Part shown: one piece after another, positions 37,190-49,446 of the stretch
Position numbering within the stretch: position 1 is the first letter of the stretch
Layout of the letters: each line of letters starts with the position of its first letter
NCBI GenBank assembly: GCA_010093605.1
Contig: MU004192.1
Coordinates: 814,882 to 878,881, forward strand
Reading direction: 5' to 3'
Origin: Lophium mytilinum
Taxonomy: Eukaryota
Length of the DNA: 64,000 nt
The notes under the pieces: model-generated
Databases searched by the model: none
What the model was told of the DNA's origin: nothing
What the model saw: the letters and a program-made list of their open reading frames with translations, nothing else
Made by a program: the position numbers and the translations under genes

Positions 37190-39407
37190 TTATTCTCCCT
37201 TCGCTCCTGCAACGCCATGATGAGTGGCCGCGGCGGTGTGCTCGCGACCGAAGTAGTCGACCACAGGGTACCTAGCACGTCGCTCCAGATCGTCAAGAGG
37301 AATGTGCGAGCGAATATACCTAGTTGGATTGTCAATTAGTGCTCAATGAAAAATTAAGTCGTTTACTTACTTCTCTCTCGCATCATCGATAGGCTGGTAG
37401 TCCCAGCTCTCCCAGCGGCCCTTCTTCAAAGCACTGTAGCACAGCCTCCGCTGGCGCTGGCTCTTGAGCACATCCGCATGGATAGCTTTGAAGTCCCATT
37501 TCTTTTGCGCCTCGTCCTCGAAAGCAGCTAAGACACCTGCATGTTCCGGCTTCTCGGAGATAGCTAAATTGAAGATTTCTTTCGGGTCTGAAACTAAGTC
37601 GAACAGCTGTGGAGGATCGACTGGCGAGGTCACATACTTCCACTTGCCGCGACGAATCATCATGACTGGTGAGATTGTACCCTCGCCCATGTACTCACCG
37701 AACACTTCGTCTCGGCCAGGACGATCGATGACAAGATAGTTGAACAAGCTGTTTCCATCTACCGGGAGGACGTCCTGGGAGTTCCCACCTGCCAGATCGA
37801 CGAACGTGGGTAGCAAGTCCATGGTGGAAACGGACTCGCTCACTCGTTTAGGCGCAAAGTGCGATGGGTAGTTGACGATTAGTGGAACTCGGGCGCTCAT
37901 CTCGAACCACGACATCTTGTACCACAGATCGCGCTCACCGAGCATGTCTCCGTGATCACCGCTGAAGACAATGATGGTGTTCTTGTCGAGACGGCAATTC
38001 TTGAGAATAGTCAAGAGCTTTCCAACTTGATCATCGACAAAGGTGCAAGCCCCAAAGTAGGCTCGTCGAGCGCGCTTCACAGCATCCTCGGGGATTGGGT
38101 TGTCCCAAAGGTCGACAGCCTTAAGCAGGCGAGTTGAGTGAGAATCTTGCTGGTCCTGGGGGATGTGCACTTTGGGAAGAGGAATCTCGACGTCCTCGTA
38201 CTTGTCCCAATACTCCCGAGTCATGGTGTAGGGGTCGTGCGGATGGGTGAGCGAGACAGTTAGAGCGAATGGTCGGGCACCTGGGCCCTGACGAACGTGA
38301 TCGTACAGATACTGTGATGCCTGTTGAACAGTCAGCGACTCATTCGTAGCTTGAGAGGTTGCGCCAGCACTTGGAACCCGCTCATTAGAGCTACAGCATA
38401 CCAGTCGCCATTTCGATGCGACTTCACTCAGTGTTGAACTCCCAGACAATCAAACAGTTGGTTTCCTGAAACCACCCTGAAGTTTTGATAGTAAGACTGT
38501 AACGGAGGAAGCTCTTACCTTGTGCATAACGTCCTCGTCATAATCGAGCTGGTTGGAACGCACGCAAGGGCCTGCCTGCATAACGGAGCTCATATTGTGA
38601 TACCATTCCGGACGCTCTTCTGGCTTGTCCCAGTTGACGGTCCATCCCATATCACCGGGATAGATGTCAGAGGTCAATCTACATGGCTGTTAGCAGGTCG
38701 TCTTGGTACGTTCCTTGTAGATGTCCTTACCGGTTTTCGAAGCCATGCAGCTGATCCACTCCGATGAAGTGCATCTTGCCGGCTAAGGCAGTCTCATAAC
38801 CCTCTCGTCGAAGGTAATGAGCGTAAGTAGGAACGTCGCTGTTAAGCACTGACGCATTGTCATAGCCGCTGATCTTTGAGGGGAGCTGTCCGGTACACAT
38901 GGAGAACCGGGACGGGGCGCAGAGAGGGCTGTTGCAGTATGCACTAGTGAAGACAACACCAGACTGCGCCAGTTTGTCGATGTTAGGAGTGCGGATGGGT
39001 GAGTTTGCATCATGCATCTTGAGAAGGGGCGCGGCCATTTGGTCGGCCATAATGTAAAGTATGTTTGGTTTTTCTGCAGATGCGGACTCTCCTGCTCCTC
39101 CAAGCCTCTGAATGAAAGAAGAGGGCGGAGCGAAGTTCTCAGAAATGAAAGTATGGACGTTTTCTGAGGCATTTGCAACTCTTCCTTTGCTGATAGGCAC
39201 AGCCCGACCATTCACTGAAGCGCCACCATCTAGATCAGAGCCATACTGCACATAAGCACCATCGCTCAAAGAGTCCAAATTGCCAATAGAAGAAACACTG
39301 CCTGCAAAGAGATCGCTGCCTGCGATCACGCTTGGAACAGAGTGGACGTTGGGCGCAGCGCCATCAGTAGATTGGGCCTCCGCTGAGCGAAGGGCACTTG
39401 GAGCCAT
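37190..39407 (-). CDS. betC: Choline sulfatase; introns 38679-38730, 38321-38518, 37320-37370
   Basis: PNILYIMADQ, formylglycine motif CAPSR, GKMHFIG, R|LTSDIYPGD, SLTHPHDPY, GDHGDMLGER and the choline-sulfatase C-terminal motif WDYQP...K|YIRSH..LDDLERRARYP. Confidence 0.93.
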
Positions 39408-41281
39408 AGTGATGGCCTTCCTGGGGGGGAAAGAGCGAGTGAGTAGTACCGCAGAAGCGATGGCAATGGAAGCTGGTCCGTGGTCGCGTGCGATAGATAG
39501 GGTATTTCCGGCAAAACCAAGTGGGGGAGGTAAGGAATAGCTGATTATATGGCAATCAGGATGAGTCAGGTGCAGCAAGACGGGTACAGAATCAAAGAGC
39601 GATTTCGGTAGGAATTGTTTGCTGGTGGTGAGTGTAGGAATCCGAAGGGTGGAGTGCGGGCTAAATAGAATTGTGTGGAGGAGTAGGCGGTGAAACGAGG
39701 GCCGGGCAATATCTCGAGCACGCAACACATAGAGGCCGGTTATGCCATCGACTAGCCCCGAATCGGGGGCCTGTCGCGTGTGAATTCCAGGGACTGGATT
39801 GGCCTAGGCTGCTGCTGGCCGGTAAATTACTCTGTAAAGTGTTGCAACTGTCGGAATCGAGAAGCGTGACGGCAAAGACAAAGACTCGCCACAGCCAAGA
39901 CGACTTAGACAATCATTGAGATAATGAAACCAGGCACTGAGATAAAGAGGTAATGATACGCCACAGCCCGTCTCGTACATACGGCGGTAGCAAATAAGTT
40001 GATCTCCTACGATGAAGCCGATGCGGAGGTGACTCCTGTCCTCCAACTCACGACAGCCCGCGTCATTTGCCTCCGATAGGATCATGACTGAGCGGGGAGC
40101 AGCAGAGACTGCCAGATCGATGCGCTAGATATGAGCCATGTGACATTCATTCAGCTTACGGAGTGCATCCGCTGGTCGAAGAAGTGGAACGTGATGGAAG
40201 GAGTAAACGATTCCTCCCGGCCAGGCCGGGCTCACTGACGAGGTTAGAAGATGCCCTTGGCGGCGGTGTCGGACAGCCTCTCCAGACGCCACATGCAGGA
40301 ACTCGGAAAAGGTCATCATTGCATTCGTACCTCTGACCGGAGACGATAGCAGTTTTCAAAGCCCCAAATACCCTCCATCTGCCCTGCCAGTGGAATATAA
40401 AAAAACACCAAAATGCTACGAGCCGTAGATCGGCCGTGCGGAAATCAGGGTCCTTCATGGATAAAAAAGTAAGCTTGCGCAGCGCCAGCCGGGTCCTCCC
40501 CGAGGCCGCTAGCCATGCAGAGTAGTGCATATCCAATCATAACGAAGATGTGTCAACGTTGCTTGCTATCTCAAGCCACCTCTATGCTTCTCTAGACGTT
40601 ATCTCACGGCCATCTGGCTGTGCTCTCCGTCATCTGGAGCTCTTCTATTGTGGAGACCCTATCGTAGATCCATACCGAATTACGGGTCTGTCATTTACAT
40701 AGGTTGATGTGGATACCTATTGGACGGACCCTAATACATCTACCCCATAGTTATGCAGATATGCACCTAGGAGCTTAAAGGATCTACTCAAGGTATCCAC
40801 CTATATCATCAGACATGCCCAGTCCGAGCGGGCGGGGAACTATACACGATGTGCCACTTACGTAGTTTATCAAACACGTAGCTGCGTATACATATACGTA
40901 CTACTACAAACCAAGGAAAGAATTCCCCATGATACCACATTGTACTCACCAACACGACTCAGACCCTTGTCCAACTCCCTCCTCTTGATTGTCTCTTACG
41001 CGTTTGGTCGTCATCAGAGTAATGCCTCACCTTCACATCAAACGTCTCTTACGCGTCCACCGGACATCACCAGCAGATCTTAATGCATTACTTCATTCCC
41101 GATCCGCTACCGATGACCACCGACCCTACAATCCTCTCTGCACGCTAAACAAGAATCTGTAAACCCTCGCCTGAGTACTGACACCCTCCGTGCAACTGCG
41201 AACAACCTCAAGTCAGCCACTGGCGACCTCACTCTGACAGCTAACTACACATCAACACTCACGCATAACCACAGCACCATT

Positions 41282-41640
41282 TCAAACTCTCAAAAGTATA
41301 AAGAAGAGTTTTCCTTGCTCTGATTGGAGATGATAAGAGCACCCTACCCAGATACTCCCCCGACTCGGTATGAATAGCCAGCAGAACTTTGGCCCGTAGT
41401 GACGCGAAGGGCCCTCTTGCGCTGATCTCGTGTTCAAAATCAACCGCACATTGGGGTACATATCGCAGAGCTCCTCCACGAAGTAGCACGCCGGAGCCCC
41501 CAAACAGCCCAACCCAGTGCCGTGCAGTCCAACACGAATCTAAAAACCCCGAGCCCAACAGCGAACCGCTCAACCGAAACATCATACTCCGATGCAGTCG
41601 TCTGCCTAGATCCCGAAAAAACCGCAACACCCGAGATCAG
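41282..41640 (-). pseudogene. Degenerate remnant of a P-loop sulfotransferase-like (Sulfotransfer_4) gene
   Basis: Fragment GAPACYFVEELCDMYPNVRLILNTRS resembles the family's D.P...F.EEL...YP.AKVIL..R motif. The upstream LGR/TTAS/SM motif is split over frames, and there is no intact ORF. Confidence 0.5.
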
Positions 41641-41724
41641 ACATCCCATCTATACATATGATACAAGCCATTATACATCCCGAAACTTTCCTCTTTCACT
41701 CTTGCTTTTGTTTTTTAGGGGGAT

Positions 41725-43927
41725 CTAGAAGTCCGCATCATAGTTGCGTCCCCTGGTCTCCCTCTCACCGCCCCTCGGCCGCGGGCTCGACCTGTCTTGA
41801 AAGCCTCCTCGCGAGTTACCCTGGTAGCCGCCACCGCCCTGCGAGCTGCCTTGGTAGCCTCCCCTATCGCCTCCCCGGTAGCCGCCTTCCCTCGGGCTGC
41901 CTCCCCTCGAGCTACCTTGGTAGCCTCCCCTGTCGCCCCCACTGGAGCGTCCCTGGTACCCGCCTCCTCCACTTCTGGAGTAACCTGAATCTGAGCCCCG
42001 CCTGCTGAACGACGACTGCGAGTCGTACGCTGAGCTCTCATAGCTCTCTTCTGAACCTATATTGATGCCTGGAACGCGGTTCAAGCCCAGCTTACGCGCA
42101 AGGCTTGGGCCGACCTTTGGAGCCTCGTCCATACCCCAGCCGTGCTTAGTAAGGCCGTTGAGCGAGTCGATGAGCTCGTGCTTGTCGCGCATGCCCTGGT
42201 AGACACCGAGGTAAGCCATGTACACTTTGGTCTTGTGCTCGCGGTGGACCTGGCGGTAGGCGTCGACCATGCTGGAGAGAATGGTTGCGACATCTTCCGG
42301 CAGCTGGGCTTCGCGGGACATGTCAACCGAGGCAGTTTCGAGCGAGGTGTCGTTCTTGAGCGGGAGGCTGTGGAGACGGCGGCGGACATCAGACGAGTCG
42401 AGCGGCGAAGTGATGATCCAGCCCTCGCCTTCTTTGCCGGCACGGCCAGTCCGGCCAATACGATGGATGTAGGTTTCGCGCTCGCGGGGCACACCGACTT
42501 GGATCACGTGCGTGACATTGGGGAAATCCATTCCTCGGGCTGTTACGTCGGAGGAGAGGAGAATACCCGACTTCGAATTTCGGAAGTCATCAGCAGCCCG
42601 AGTTCGTTGACCCTGGTTCAACTTGCCGTGGATCTCGAACACCCTAGCGGGGTGCAGAGCATGTTGACGTGGATCGCTTCCACGGATTTTCCTGAAGACG
42701 TTGGAAGCAAGCGAAGCTTCAGCAGTGGAGTTGAAGTAAACGATCGCCTTGAAAGGCAGAGTGTCACCCGCCTGAGAGCTCTGCAGTGCCGTTGTGCACA
42801 GTTCGAAGAGTGCAGGCATCATGTTCTCGAGGCCTTTCGCGTGAACGAGCTTCTGTGGAATTCTCTCGTGTGTTGCCTCCTCATCGTCACGAACGCACTT
42901 GACGAAATGAAACCCAGGCTTCAATGTCTGCCGCACAAGCCCAACAACTTCCTTGGGGACCGTGGCGGAGAACATGAGGGTTTGGCGATCTTGCTTCTTG
43001 GGATCTGGGAGGTATTTTCTGATCTCGTTAATTTCCCGCGTGAATCCATCATCCAAAAGTCGATCAGCTTCGTCCATAACAAGGGCTGACAGCTTCGGGG
43101 CTTCCACTCCCGAATACTCATCCGACAACAGATCGTTGAGTCGTCCAGGGGTTCCAATGAGGATATGGCAACCCTCCCTCTTAATTTGCTGCAACATCAT
43201 TCTCTTCTGTGTTCCACCCACGCCGACCTGAACGACGACACCGGTGTTGCGTGTGAGCGTTCGCGCTTCCACAGCAATCTGCTCCGCTAGTTCTCTGGTT
43301 GGTGATATGATTATAGCCCTGATGTCGCCGGGGGTCGTCCGCGGGGGACGAGCCCCGCGTGTTGCAAGCCCAGGATCTTTTGAAATGATGTTTTGTAGAA
43401 CAGGGAGAAGGAATCCAAGGGTCTTTCCGGTACCAGTCTTCGCTTGGGCAATGCTGCGACATATTAGAACAAATTCGCGGAAAGGTGAAGAGATGGAGAA
43501 CATACATATCAGCCCCCTTCAACGCTTCGTTGATAGTGCGAGTCTGCACCTCCGTCATAGTGTGCAGTCCCATGTCCTTCGTTAGGGTGTTGACGATATT
43601 TTTATGAACATATCCTCGAGTCGCCAGATCTTCGAATTTCGTAACGGGGCCTCCGGCGACAGCATTGTCGATTGCTCCATCTGACGGCGGGCTTTTCGCA
43701 TTGACCTCTTGTTCCACCTCCGCCTCGACAACGTAGCGCTCGGCGGCATGTTGTCGCCACTGGTTACTCTGGTGTAGGGACGCGACCGAAACTCTGGACA
43801 CCGATATGGTAGACCGCCATGCGGATGTCGAGGTAGCTTGTGCGGGTCGAAGAAGTCGTGGCGCAATAACTGAGGTCGATATACTCCTAGGGAGAGATGC
43901 AGGGCATCTCCGAAAAGCTGCGAGCAT
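41725..43927 (-). CDS. MSS116: Mitochondrial DEAD-box RNA helicase (Mss116/CYT-19); intron 43454-43505
   Basis: Arg/Ser-rich presequence MLAAFRR; Q motif MTEVQ, AKTGTGKT, PTRELA, TPGRL, DEAD, SAT, ARGMDF and HRIGRTGR; Gly/Arg-rich C-terminal tail. Confidence 0.93.
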
Positions 43928-44359
43928 GATGAGGTGATGGAATCGAGAGCGGACAGCCGTGCAAGAGGTATCTATTACAATGTAGTTGAGGAGAGAGGGA
44001 CAAGCTAGAAGAAATCGCGATCCAGGGTGTGGCAATTGGAAAGTTCCTACAAGTGGTGGGAAAGGAACGTCGATGGGGCACGTCAAGGAGTTCTCTGAAC
44101 TTTTTTCGAGGAGATGAGATAGCGCGGATCCTGGCTAACCGCATTCAATGCCATACCTCACGTGACGGGCAAGGGAGCCATTTTTAAAAATTCTTCTAAG
44201 AAGTGGAAAGTGTAGCAGAAATTCACTTAGAGCTGCCATGATTTGAACGTCTGGTAACTCAGAGTGGATCTAATGTCTATATCCTTGTTCTTCATTCATA
44301 ACTCGTAACTTCATCCGCTTAACGAACCTCTAAAAAGGCAAATATATCAGGAACACCAA

Positions 44360-45479
44360 CTACCGTCGCCCATCTACCTTCCTCCTCGTCCTCGGAATCT
44401 TCCCATCCGCTCCCAGAATCACTACACCTTCCGAAACTCCCTGATGAATGCCCCCGGTGACCCCTTGTACCCACCAAACCGTCATTTCATTCAACGCTTG
44501 CCCAACCTTGCCATTATTCATGCTGTACACCGAATTCGTGAACTTGATACTTTTCCGTCCCACCTCATCAATCATGTTGACTCCCACGCTGAATAGACGC
44601 TCGAAAACGCGATTCTCGCGCTCATATTGATATGCATGTCCGATGAAGAGTTTGACGTAGGGCAGTAAGAACTGTGCGATTATGAAGAGTTCGAGGATGA
44701 GAGTTGCGGTTATGCGGTGAATCATGGAAGGATCTTCTTGTAGGACTTCAGCGGGGGTCTGAGGCCGGCGTGATAAGGTTGAGATTAGATCTTGGGTTGA
44801 AGGGTCAAGGTCGAAGTGGTCGAGAACGTGAGGTGGGATGGCCGCTTGGATGCTCAGGACTTCTTCTGGTGTCATATCCGCCGGAAGCCCACGCAGGACG
44901 TAAGTGATGCCATGGATGTATAGTTGACGGCTGAACGGTGGTAGGCCGTCGTCATTTTCTTTGGTGGAGGAAGAGTATTCACTATAGGCTTGGGTGATGA
45001 GGTTTAGGCCTGTTGAGATTAGCGTAGTTATAGTGAGAGGGTATAGTATACATACCTTGGTTTGCATACTTCCAGTTGACTCCGCTTTGCTGTTCGGACA
45101 GACCAAAGGCTGGCGGAGTAGAGCTAGACGATACAGGCCGCTCATATGCTGAAGTCTCGGCCTCCGATTCGCTGGCATCCGCAGTAAACGCTGAGATCCG
45201 GTCTGATACTCGAATCTCCTGTCTAGACGAGTATCTCGGGGGCGGTGTTTCCGATCCACTAGTCCAGGCGCTCTCACTTGAGCTTCTAGCATGATCCGGC
45301 CGTCCCCGAAAATCATTGACAGAACGTCGAAGTGACGAGAAGCGGGGAATACGGCTCTGCACAAGCGTGGGGAGCATTCCATACACCAGCGAGGTCGCCA
45401 TCTGGCCGTCGTCCGCAGCAGATAACGGCTCGAGTATGGGAGTAGAAGCGGAGGCTGATCTATGTTTTCTCGGGGCCAT
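44360..45479 (-). CDS. Hypothetical fungal protein with C-terminal hydrophobic segment; intron 45010-45055
   Basis: GTATG...GCTAAT...CAG intron joins WKYANQG|LNLITQAY. Later motifs RQLYIHGITYVLRGLP, LLPYVK, YERENRV and GGIHQG. Confidence 0.75.
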
Positions 45480-45993
45480 GCTGAGTCTTAAGGAATGCGA
45501 GGGAGAACAAAGACACTGTCACCGCTAGCAGTGCTGCATATCCGCATGCAAGAGGTCATCTGAAGGAGGGCGAAAGTGGGTTTCGAGACAGGAGCGTCCC
45601 GGTAGCGTTCCAGGCGGCTATCTATCATGATGAACAAAAGGTTATCAGGAGGGCTGTGACCCTAGCCTGGTGGTGACATGTGAAAGAGGAAGAGGCGTTT
45701 TGTTGAACGCCGTGCGATTGGCTCGCCTTTTTAGCGACCGTTTTACGACGAACTCCGACATCGCCTGTCAGCTTGCGCATCAAGCAAGCCGCACCTCTGC
45801 CCTATCACTTCAAGCTGCCAGACCACACCTCATGCCTGCGAGGTTTGCTTCCTCCCGGGGTGGTCCTGGGGGTTCCCAAGTCACTAAACAGATTATGAAC
45901 GCTACATTGCAAGCGGTGCGATCTGAAGTCTTATCTTTCGAGGAATGCTTCCCGTCCCGAGTCCCTTGCAAAGGCCAAAAGTAATTCGCCTCA

Positions 45994-47515
45994 AGCCTGA
46001 TTCTGACCTTCCAGATCTCGAAATTCGTTCGCCAATCTTGAAGACGCCTCAAGGATCTTCAAACAGCGTCAAGCTACGAGCAGACAAGTACTGCCAAGCG
46101 CCTGAACTATGCTCTCAGATTTCTATCTCTTCGTTTCCTGTCCATATTACCTACAATCCAGTAATAGGTCCAATTTTGCCCTTCTAGATCTTGACTTTCG
46201 TTCTCAATTTTCATGCTGTTTCAAAGCCCTTCAAACGGCGTCACACCTTAAGCTAAGTCGCGGTATCAACCTCCTTAATCACACTTCTCAGACCGGCAGG
46301 CATTACTATACCGCCCAAATCACTTGCAGCCCCACAGTAGGCCTTATTCCGCCCTTCCAAATCTTAACATCCGTGCACAGAATTCCTGCCATCTTGAAGT
46401 CGCTCAAATAGCGGTAAGATATGCGCAACCTCGCACTATTCACCTCTTAGATTACGTTTCTCAACCTACAAATATCAAATTTATACCTATACCTCCAATT
46501 GTCTCACATGTGGTCTAATTCTGCCCTCTCAGATCTTACCATCCATTCGCAAAACTCCTGCCGTCTTGAAGCCGCTTAAACAGCGGCAAGACAGGCGTAA
46601 ACCTGCATTATTAACCTCCTAGATCACGGTTCTGAACATTCGCATATTAAACTTATATCCATATCGCCGACCACCTTACTTGTAGTCTAATTCCGCCTTA
46701 CCGGTTCTCAACATCTATTCATAAAATTCCTGCCATCTTAAAGCGCCTCAAACAGCGGTAACCCAGGCGCAAATCTGTGCTATCAACCTCCCAGATTACG
46801 CTCCTAAACCCTCAAAATCTTAAATCTATATCTAGATTACCAACCACCTTACATGTAGCCTAATTCTGCCCTCCTAGATCTTTACATCCGTTCAAAACCT
46901 TCCTGCCTTGTTAGAGCGCCTCAAACAGCGTTAAGCCGGTCGCAACCTCGTAGTGTTACCCCTCTAGATCAAGCTCCCAGGTCTTCACCTGCAATTATGC
47001 TATCTAAATCGCTTGCAATCGACCTAGGTCCGATCCCGCTCCTTCTAACCTTTACATCCATCTGAAAAATCTTGGGTATCTTAAGGGCCTTCAAACAGTA
47101 TCAAGCTAGGCGCAAATTCACAGCGCCAACCTCCCAAATTACACTTTAAGATTTTTATATGCAACTCTGCCACCAAACAATACTTGCAGTTAACTTGGGT
47201 CCAATTCCGCTCTTCCTAACCTTTACATCCCTCTGAAAAGATACCCGCCATCTCAAGGGCCTCCAGCCAGTAGCAAGCCAGTCGCAAAGTCTTACTCTTA
47301 ACCTTCCAGATTACGCTCTCAGATCTCTACATGCAATTCTGCCATCAATATCACTTGTGAGGTCCTTAGACCCAATTCCGGTCTTTCAGATCGTGACATC
47401 TGCTCTAAAAATTGCCGATATCTTAAGGTTCTTCAAACAACGTCAAGCCAGGAGCGATTGGGTAGTAGCAACCATCTGAACTACGCCCTCACAGCTATAC
47501 CTCTGATCCTAACAT
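45994..47515. repeat. Diverged ~172-bp tandem array, 9 copies, non-coding
   Basis: The AAACAGCG-like anchor recurs at 46061, 46233, 46406, 46578, 46750, 46923, 47093, 47265 and 47435 (spacing 170-173). Shared blocks AATTCYGCCCT..AGATCTTTACATCC, CCTGCCATCTT and AACCTCCCAGATTACG. Confidence 0.93.
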
Positions 47516-47801
47516 CCATATCACTCACCACAGCAAAGTACGTGTGAATCATAGGGTACAGACACCGCAATTGCTGCGTTTCATATACTATCGAAGCTCT
47601 CCCATCCCGTCACGTCCTCGTCCACAAATGAAGGAAACCAGCTCCAATTCAAATGCTACAAACCCAACCCAGCCGATCTACAGCTCAATCCGCACCGCTT
47701 CTGCATAACCCCCAGGACCAGCCCTTCAAACCCACACCACTACCGAAGGCCATCACCACCCAATCCCCCCTCCGCCCCCTCACCCACCCCGCAAAACCCC
47801 C

Positions 47802-48668
47802 TCAATTCTTCTCCGGCATCTGATGCTGCCTCTTCGCATACGCCGTCTCATCCAATTTATCCGCCAATCTACAATTGTCCTCCACCACCCTGCGAATCTC
47901 CTCATGCACACTCCCCTCCAGCCTAACCTTACACCCCTTCGGCAACCACCGCAATATATGAAACGCGTTCGCATAGACGTTCGTCGTGCTCGCCACACTC
48001 CTGTCCTCCGGGAACATATACGGCAAACTTATGCTAAAGCTCTGCAGGTTCCAACAATACCGCAGCCCGAGGCGCACCAGGTCCGCAAACGACTCCAGAA
48101 TATCGTGATGTGTTGGGATTGTGAGTGTAACGTGTTTGATCAGCGACCGGTTGCGCTGCGTGAGCGAGTTGATGCTCGCGAGCGCCGAGTCGAGCCGCAA
48201 CCGGATCGTGTTGTCGCCGTACAGCACGGGGCGCGCCTCGCGGCACACGGTCTTGCACGTCGCGATGAGGGAGGGCGCGAGGGGCTCGGTGGCCGGGTGG
48301 TGCGGGGGCGCGGGTTTGGGGCGGCGGGCGCGGCGTGTTTGGGTCCGGTAGTGGTCGCCGTATTCGTCGACGAGCTCGACCTCCGGGGTGGCTTTGAGGG
48401 AGGTGGGGATGTGGAGGGTGAGGGCTTCGGGTGAGCTCAGAGCGTAGCGGTAGACGTTGAGGCGGAGCTCGGTGGGCAGGTCCATGAAGCGGAATGAGGG
48501 CTCGGGCTCTTGGACGACGAGGGCGGCGGCTTCGAGGGCTTTGGTTGCGCTCGCGGAACGTGTGGTGCGCAGCTTGGGGCTTTTGGACTTCGTGACACGC
48601 TTCGTGGAGCGGGTGGAGGAGGCGCGGCTCGAGGTCCGGCTGATGCGACGGTTGGCGCGTGGAGGCAT
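47802..48668 (-). CDS. Hypothetical protein with F-box-like/2EXR-like motif
   Basis: 288-aa intronless ORF with a basic N-terminus, FRFMDLPTELRLNVYRYAL and LIATCKTVCREARPVLYG. Confidence 0.75.
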   Translation of the reverse strand: MPPRANRRISRTSSRASSTRSTKRVTKSKSPKLRTTRSASATKALEAAALVVQEPEPSFRFMDLPTELRLNVYRYALSSPEALTLHIPTSLKATPEVELVDEYGDHYRTQTRRARRPKPAPPHHPATEPLAPSLIATCKTVCREARPVLYGDNTIRLRLDSALASINSLTQRNRSLIKHVTLTIPTHHDILESFADLVRLGLRYCWNLQSFSISLPYMFPEDRSVASTTNVYANAFHILRWLPKGCKVRLEGSVHEEIRRVVEDNCRLADKLDETAYAKRQHQMPEKN

Positions 48669-49446
48669 TGTGAAGATGTTGAGATGAGTAGAGTCTGTTC
48701 TGGTGACGTAGCGATGGACGAGAGAAAGGATGGATCGGCTTGTCGTTCCAAGACTGCAGAAGATGAATTGAAAGAGAAGGTTGCTGAAGAGTTGAAGAGG
48801 AGAGCAGAAAAGGTTTAAGTACTACACAGGTAAGAATACTGCTATTGTGTTGCTATTGTGATCCTCATGCTATTGTTCCTATAGACGAGAGGGTGAAGAT
48901 GCAGATCCCCGCTGCCACCCCGGTCGAACGAGAGCTTGGCGGGTCACGTGATTAGCAGGCCTGAGCTTGTTCTAGGTACGACTCGATAACGTCCACTATT
49001 GGAAGCTAAGAGAGGGCTTCAGAGGCAGAATGCAAATCGCCGGAGCTAAGGTAGGATGAGATAATATACGGCAAGGCTTTTGACTGTCTCAAGAAAAGCA
49101 ATTCAACCCCCGTTTACCGCCGGCTCCTCTGAGCATCCCACGTCCACGTCTATACACAGTATGAACAGAACAGGTAAGTCTGCCATGAGAAGAAATTAGG
49201 AAGAGTACGATTTGCCCAGTAGGGACCCACTCATGCCAGATGCACACTGAGCCTCCCGCAAAGTTTGGATAATGGATAGTACAGCTTCAACACCCGTGAA
49301 CCCGTCGAAAAGCAAAGCACCGTGGCCGTCAAAAGCCTCCTTTGGCAGACCTATGAGTGGCCTCTGAAGGCAGAAGGGGATACAAAATCACTCTGGAAAC
49401 GCTCTAAGCACCCAACACAAGGAAAACACATGAGCCAACCAAGACC

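Noticed and set aside
45994..47515. Protein-coding repeat (ankyrin/LRR/WD40-like) or repeated exon-intron units
   Set aside because: Unit lengths of 170-173 do not preserve frame, stops are frequent, and splice signals are not consistent between units.
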